A stretch of 42,765 nucleotides of DNA from Octopus bimaculoides (taxonomy: Eukaryota), in NCBI RefSeq assembly GCF_001194135.2, contig NC_068982.1, positions 147,774,636-147,817,400 of the forward strand. The letters are read 5' to 3'. Below the pieces are notes generated by a model. It saw nothing but the letters and a program-made list of their open reading frames with translations, had not been told where the DNA came from and made no database searches. Within the stretch, counting starts at the first letter, position 1, and each line of letters begins with the position of its first letter. A program made the translations under genes and the position numbers. This document shows, piece after piece, positions 37,431-42,765 of the stretch.

Positions 37431-37760
37431 ATATATATATATATATGTATGCATTATCTATGTCTATTTATCTATCTATCTATCTACATGATTATATGTG
37501 CCAATTTAGCTGCAACATACGCAGGTTTTCCCAACATATTTTCGTATTTACGACGGTACTTTCATGTTATTTTAAACATCTCCTTTGGGAATTTTTATAT
37601 AATAACTGTTAAATTAAAGTAGTATATGTGTATAGCAACTGTACACATATACTCAATAGAGGTGCATATTTAAGAAGGATACTGGTATATCTTGCATCTA
37701 CATATTTGTATACCTATATGTATGTATTTAATTTATGTATCTTTCTATATATATATATAT

Positions 37761-37799
<39 letters not shown>

Positions 37800-38019
37800 T
37801 GCATATACATATATATTTACATGTATATATATTTATGTATGTATGTGTGTGTATTATATATATATATTTATATACAATACCTTTATACATCTATACGCGT
37901 AAATGCACACACACCCACATAAGAAATATTCTCATGTAGAAATATTTGGATACCCACACGTGGCGCGTGCGCACTCGCATATGCAATGTGAATGTATGGA
38001 TGGATGGATGGATATTTAT

Positions 38020-38655
38020 TTGAGTTATGGTAACATTACTTTCGGAATTTTTGCTTTCAACGAAACGTACCAGCGTTCCACAAAACGCTATTCTATCGAG
38101 TTTTGTGGACGTCAAAATCACTGCGCACCTCTTTTTGTGGACTTTCGTTTTTATTCATCCAATTGTCTGAGATTTGGTTTGAATTCCAGCAACAATCTTG
38201 AAGTATTACAGCTTCAACTTCAATTTCTTTTTGAAAAAATAATATAGCGAAATGTTAGTGTGATGCACGGGAAAAGCTTTCTATTAAACGATGCAGGTTC
38301 AGGTTTTATACTGACAGGATCCAACGTTAATTCAAATTGTGTGAGAGATCTATAGTTCAGCAATAGTTTTCGTAGTTGAGGTCTTAAAACTCCCCACATT
38401 TTCAGGAGATTTTGTATTGAGGAATTACCATGAACTCTTATCATATTGAACAGACATAGGACCGGCCTTGAAAAATGTGTGCCACATTAAAACCTCTGTT
38501 TACCAGGAGCCTGATTAATTATTTGAGGATATCGATCACAAACTTGCTAAATTTCATGCTAAATTTAATACAGTCTTAAGGCTTGGATATTCTAGCCATC
38601 ATAAAAATCGTAAAACATTATTTCAAAATCTGGTGTAATAATTGAACACCCTGTA
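38020..38655 (+). mobile_element. Decayed Tc1/mariner-superfamily transposon, 3' part
   Basis: LSEIWFEFQQ (38163) and FEKII*RNVSV (38230) resemble transposase WFQQDGA and FG.RIISRNG.V blocks. Ends TTGAACACCCTG-TA, a CAGGGTG-type TIR plus TA. No left TIR found. Confidence 0.5.
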
Positions 38656-39440
38656 GATAGCATGAAATGCAATGACACACTAGATTGTTTAGCAATACTC
38701 TTCAACTACCCATGGAATTTCGTTGAAAAATAAGGTCGCAGCAGGCGCAGTCGAAAATCATCTTGATAATACCTGGTGTACACATATATGTAATGATTGC
38801 TTAGTTGGGTAGAGTTCCCACGAATTCTGTGATGCCACCCGGACAACCGGGAGTGGAATCGGAATTTAATAACGAGTGTGTGTGAAATTATGTTGTTGAA
38901 GTATAAGCCCATTACATGTGTGTGCGTCAGGAGTTTCTTACTGCTACTGGAAACATGTAATCCTGTAAAACCTACCGAATGGACGGGTCGTCGGTGACTA
39001 AGCTGGCAATCCTAAGTTTACTTAGTCAGAAAGTTTGTTTTTGTTGAACGTTTTTGTTGAACACTCTGCAGGACGAAAAACGGAACTTGTCAAATGATGG
39101 GTGAACTCAGAAGATTCAATGGTCATCCGACATCTGGATGTCGTTGTTTAGACATCTTTATAGGAGAAGGAAGTTCCGAAATAACACTCACCACTTTGCG
39201 AAACCGGAGTTCTCCCGCTTGGTTGTTTCTGGACTATTTGGCTTTGTATGTAAGAGTCTTGCGGGGTTATGCAAGCTGTTAATGAAGCTGAATTTCAGCA
39301 CAAACATTGCTGACAACCATTGAGTTTAAAAAATCTCGAATAAGATAAATTGATAGTGATAGTCATACGTGTCTACGAGTTGACAGTCACTATATATGTG
39401 TGTATGCGTTTATACGTGTATATATGCATGTATGTATAAA

Positions 39441-39759
39441 GGGGGCGTGGTTTAGTGGTTAAGGAATTCGACTCACGATCGTAAGGTCGCGAGTTCGATT
39501 CCCGATGGTGTGTTGCGTCCCTAAGCAAGACACTTTATTTCACGTTGCTCCAATTTACTCAGCTGGGAAAACTGAGTAGTACCTGTATTTCAAAGGGTCA
39601 GCATTGCCACACCCTGTGTTACGCTGAATATTGAAACTTACGTTAAGGGTACACATGTCTGTGGAGTGCTCAGCCACTTGTACGTTAATTTCACGAGCAG
39701 GCTGTTCCGTTGATCGGATCAACTGGAAACCTCGTCGTCGAAACTGGCAGAGTGCCAGT
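39441..39759 (+). mobile_element. SINE family B, full length
   Basis: GGCGTGGTTTAGTGG (A box)..GAGTTCGATTCC (B box)..tail shared with family C. Confidence 0.92.
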
Positions 39760-40252
39760 AATGTATAAAAGGTCAGAGGGAACGCTCGTAGCCAACTTAA
39801 AGGAAAGGGGCAAGACGTTAATACAATGAAAATAATTAATTACAATTAATAATTATTTGATAATTTAGTTAACAATTGCATCCAAACTTCCTGCATTAGG
39901 GTCAAATCATATGATCATGTGAATCATTGTTTGACAAAGTCGCAAGTGCGAAAAATACGGCTCTTTGTAACTGAGCTATTTTTTCAGGTGCGCATGTTTG
40001 TAATACATACCCCGTGACGGATTCGGTCATTTACTGGAAAGTTAACTTACTGATCCAAGAAGTTGATATTGCTAAAATTAAACTAGAATACGGTAGGGTG
40101 TGATTTTGAACAAACAAAAATTCCTTAAGGCTGCAATCTTGTATGAAATATATAAATATAAGTAAACCTCTATGTATGTGTATTTCTGTATTTATTTAAG
40201 AAAACGAGATGCCAATGCACTAAGCGATTAACTTATTGTTATTTTATTCATT

Positions 40253-40333
40253 AGCTTACAGCTGTTTCGGCTATGAAATGTAGTGGACTCATTGTTGAAT
40301 GAGTGAGTAACGCTTTATAGCTTCATCGGAGCC
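40253..40333 (-). ncRNA. Hammerhead-like motif, U4C core, long helix II
   Basis: Minus strand GGCT-CCGATGA-A-GCTAT..[ACTCATT caac AATGAGT]..ATAGC-C-GAAA-CAGCTG-TA-AGCT. Confidence 0.6.
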
Positions 40334-41115
40334 TGGCATATGAGGTGAAATTTATTTATACATATATGTATGTATGTATGTATGTATGTACGTACGCATG
40401 TAAGTATGTATGTATGTATGTATGTATGTGTGAATGCATGTATGTATGTACGCGCACACAGACACACACCTATAAGTATTTAATAGGTGTATATATGTAT
40501 ACATTCGTGCCTGTATGTATTCAAAGTATGAAGATCTTCTCACATGTGCATAGGCAACAGCATTTGGTTCAAGTTTTGCGTGGTTTGTACTTTTCACTCC
40601 CTAACATCATATATGTGTGTGAGTGAGTGTGTGTGTATGTATTTGATGGGTAGGTAGATAGATAGGTATGGAAGCAGGGAGGAATATCAGTTTCGCGGTA
40701 TCACTCTTCAAGCCCAGGTAGCAAGGTAGGCAACTCCGAACATGTCTCTTTTTACCTTCCTTCAGCAGAAGCAAAATTTTGGACATCATCTGCCACAACA
40801 TGTACTGAGCAGACGTCTATATAAAAATGATCATAAAAACGTTGGAGTCTCTGTTAAATATAATTATATGATTATATAAGCTTGGAGACAAATTTTCATA
40901 AATTAGTCTCGTTATACAAATTAAATTCTTTGATTAAACAAAAGGGATTTTACAACAAAAAATGGGTGAAGTAAAATTTGACTTATTTAGTTTGTTTTTG
41001 AGAGACCCATAACAAGTGCTTATATCTTTCGATCTATGCATATAGAGAAAGAGATGGATAAAGAAAAAATAGAGAGAAGAGGAGTGAGAGAGTGAGAGAG
41101 TATGTGTAGGGTTAT

Positions 41116-41411
41116 TATTTATTTTTTGTCGATTCTTTTAGTCATTGGACTGCAATCATGCTGGGGTACCGCTTTGGAGGATTTCAGTTGAACAGTTCGA
41201 CTCCTGTTGCAAACAAACCAGTACCGGTTGTCAAGCAGTGGTAGGGGCACAAGTACAAACATACACACACGTAGAGATATATACATATACACTCGAACTT
41301 CTTTCAGTTTCTCTTCACCAAAGCAACTCAGAGGTTTTGTTTTGCCAGAACCACAGCAGAAGTCACCTACGCAAGGTACTACAGAGCGTTCCACCACTCA
41401 GCCACGCCTGC
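41116..41411 (-). mobile_element. SINE family A, diverged
   Basis: AGTCATTGGACTGCAATCATGCTGG..CCGGTTGTCAAGC..CACTCAGCCACGCCTGC. Confidence 0.75.
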
Positions 41412-41501
41412 AATACTTTTTTTTTTTTTAAATGTTGTGAATAGCAGTCTCTGGTTTTACACATTAGCATTAACTGTAAGTATATTCGTCCGGCACAATG
41501 T

Positions 41502-41890
41502 TTGTTGTTGTTGGCACTCCGTCGCTTACGACGTCGTGGTTTCCAGTTGATCCGATCAATGGAACAGCCTGCTCGTGAAATTAACGTGCAAGTGGCTGAG
41601 CACTCCACAGACACGTGTACCCTTAACGTAGCTCTCGGGGATATTCAGCGTGACACAGTGTGACAAGGCTGACCCTTTGAATTACAGGCACAACAGAAAC
41701 AGGAAGAAAGAGTGAGAGAAAGTTGTGGTGAAAGAGTACAGCAGGGTTCGCCACCATCCCCTGTCGGAGCCTCGTGGAGCTTTTAGCTGTTTTCGCTCAA
41801 TAAACACTCACAACGCCTGGTCTGGGAAACGAAACCGCGATCCTATGACCACGAGTCCGCTGCCCTAACCACTGGGCCATTGCGCCTCCA
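41502..41890 (-). mobile_element. SINE family C, full length, (CAA)n tail
   Basis: Head GGCGCAATGGCCCAGTGGTTAGGGCAGCGGACTCG..; 3' ~190 bp shared with family B. Confidence 0.92.
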
Positions 41891-42594
41891 ATCCAGCACA
41901 ATGTATTAATTAACTAATGCACAATGAGAGCGTGTTTGTGAAGGAGTTTAAATAAGATTTAAATATTTTAGCTCGTGAATTCACATAGTCACCGGATGTA
42001 AGGTTATGCAAATGAAGAAAAGCAGAACCTGTTGTTATTTACGTTTTTCATAAGCAGTTCGAAAATATGCCCACACCCGCTATCTATTTCTTACTTAACT
42101 CCTTTTTCTTTTTTCAATCTCTTCCTCTCACCGACTCTCTCTCTCTCTCTCTATCATATTCTCTCTCACTCTCACTCTCGATTTCCCTCTCGCTCGCTCG
42201 TTTTCTCTTCAAGGGATATGATGAAGTAAACATTCCCGACGGGATTGTAAAGCGAGACCTTGAGGGTGAACTACGGGTCAATTTACACATTAACTCTGCA
42301 TGTCTATTTAGTAAACCGAAACCAACATGAGGAAATACATACATACATGCATACATGCCTAGATACATACAATCTCTATACATACATTCATACATACATA
42401 CGTACATACATACAAAAATACCCTGTTGTTGATGTTGAAATTCCAATGACAGGGCCTTGAATCTAAGAAACAGGCTCTTGCTCTTTGGGCAAAAAATCTT
42501 GAAATAAAACTGACCAATGGCGTAGCTACCATATACTCATACATACACTCCCCCTACAAACATACACACAGACATGCACACATATAGTATTAAT

Positions 42595-42690
42595 TTTCTT
42601 TAAGCCTAAATCTATCAGTGACTTTTACTGAAACGCCAAGATTACGGGGACACAAGAGACCAACACCGGTTGTTGAGCGGTGGCAGAAGA
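42595..42690 (-). mobile_element. SINE family A fragment
   Basis: AAGCCTA..TCTATC..TTACGGGGAC..CACCGGTTGTTGAGCG. Confidence 0.55.
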
Positions 42691-42733
42691 CAAAACACAT
42701 CCACAAAGATACACAAACATACAAACATATATG

Positions 42734-42765
<32 letters not shown>

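Larger units (their letters stand above)
1..42765. repeat. Pervasive (TA)n, (TG/CA)n, (TATG)n, (TAGA)n, (GA)n, (TAA)n, (TAG)n, (CAA)n microsatellites; 17 assembly gaps, mostly flanked by them
   Basis: Directly visible. N-runs start near 4126, 5292, 6216, 8290, 10684, 11892, 13499, 14193, 21066, 22292, 23636, 24749, 25136, 25565, 28679, 31800 and 34733. Confidence 0.98.

Noticed and set aside
1-42765. CRISPR arrays, rRNA, intact transposase or reverse transcriptase genes
   Set aside because: No regularly spaced repeat-spacer array, rRNA-like sequence or long intact ORF seen.

Overview
AT-rich eukaryotic DNA, very dense in microsatellites, with 17 N-gaps. The SINE families and repeat density suggest an octopus-like cephalopod draft assembly (inference). 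I could not confidently identify any host protein-coding exon; nearly all supplied ORFs come from microsatellites or N-gaps. The window holds about 25 tRNA-derived SINE copies in at least 4 families (my labels A-D), decayed LINE fragments (CR1/L2-like, RTE-like) and a Tc1/mariner relic. A CpG-rich, trinucleotide-rich stretch at 33.5-34.3 kb with a perfect YY1 motif may be a promoter or first exon. The main signal outside the ORF track is 13 minimal type-I hammerhead-ribozyme-like motifs of the Penelope-like-element (PLE) kind, in about 6 unrelated short repeat families. They show stem covariation and family-specific palindromic helix III. Four sit in fold-back arrangements, one lies downstream of a tRNA-type Pol III head, and in three the GUA cleavage triplet is also a 5' splice donor. 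All ribozyme calls are by-eye structure matches; activity and novelty are untested.
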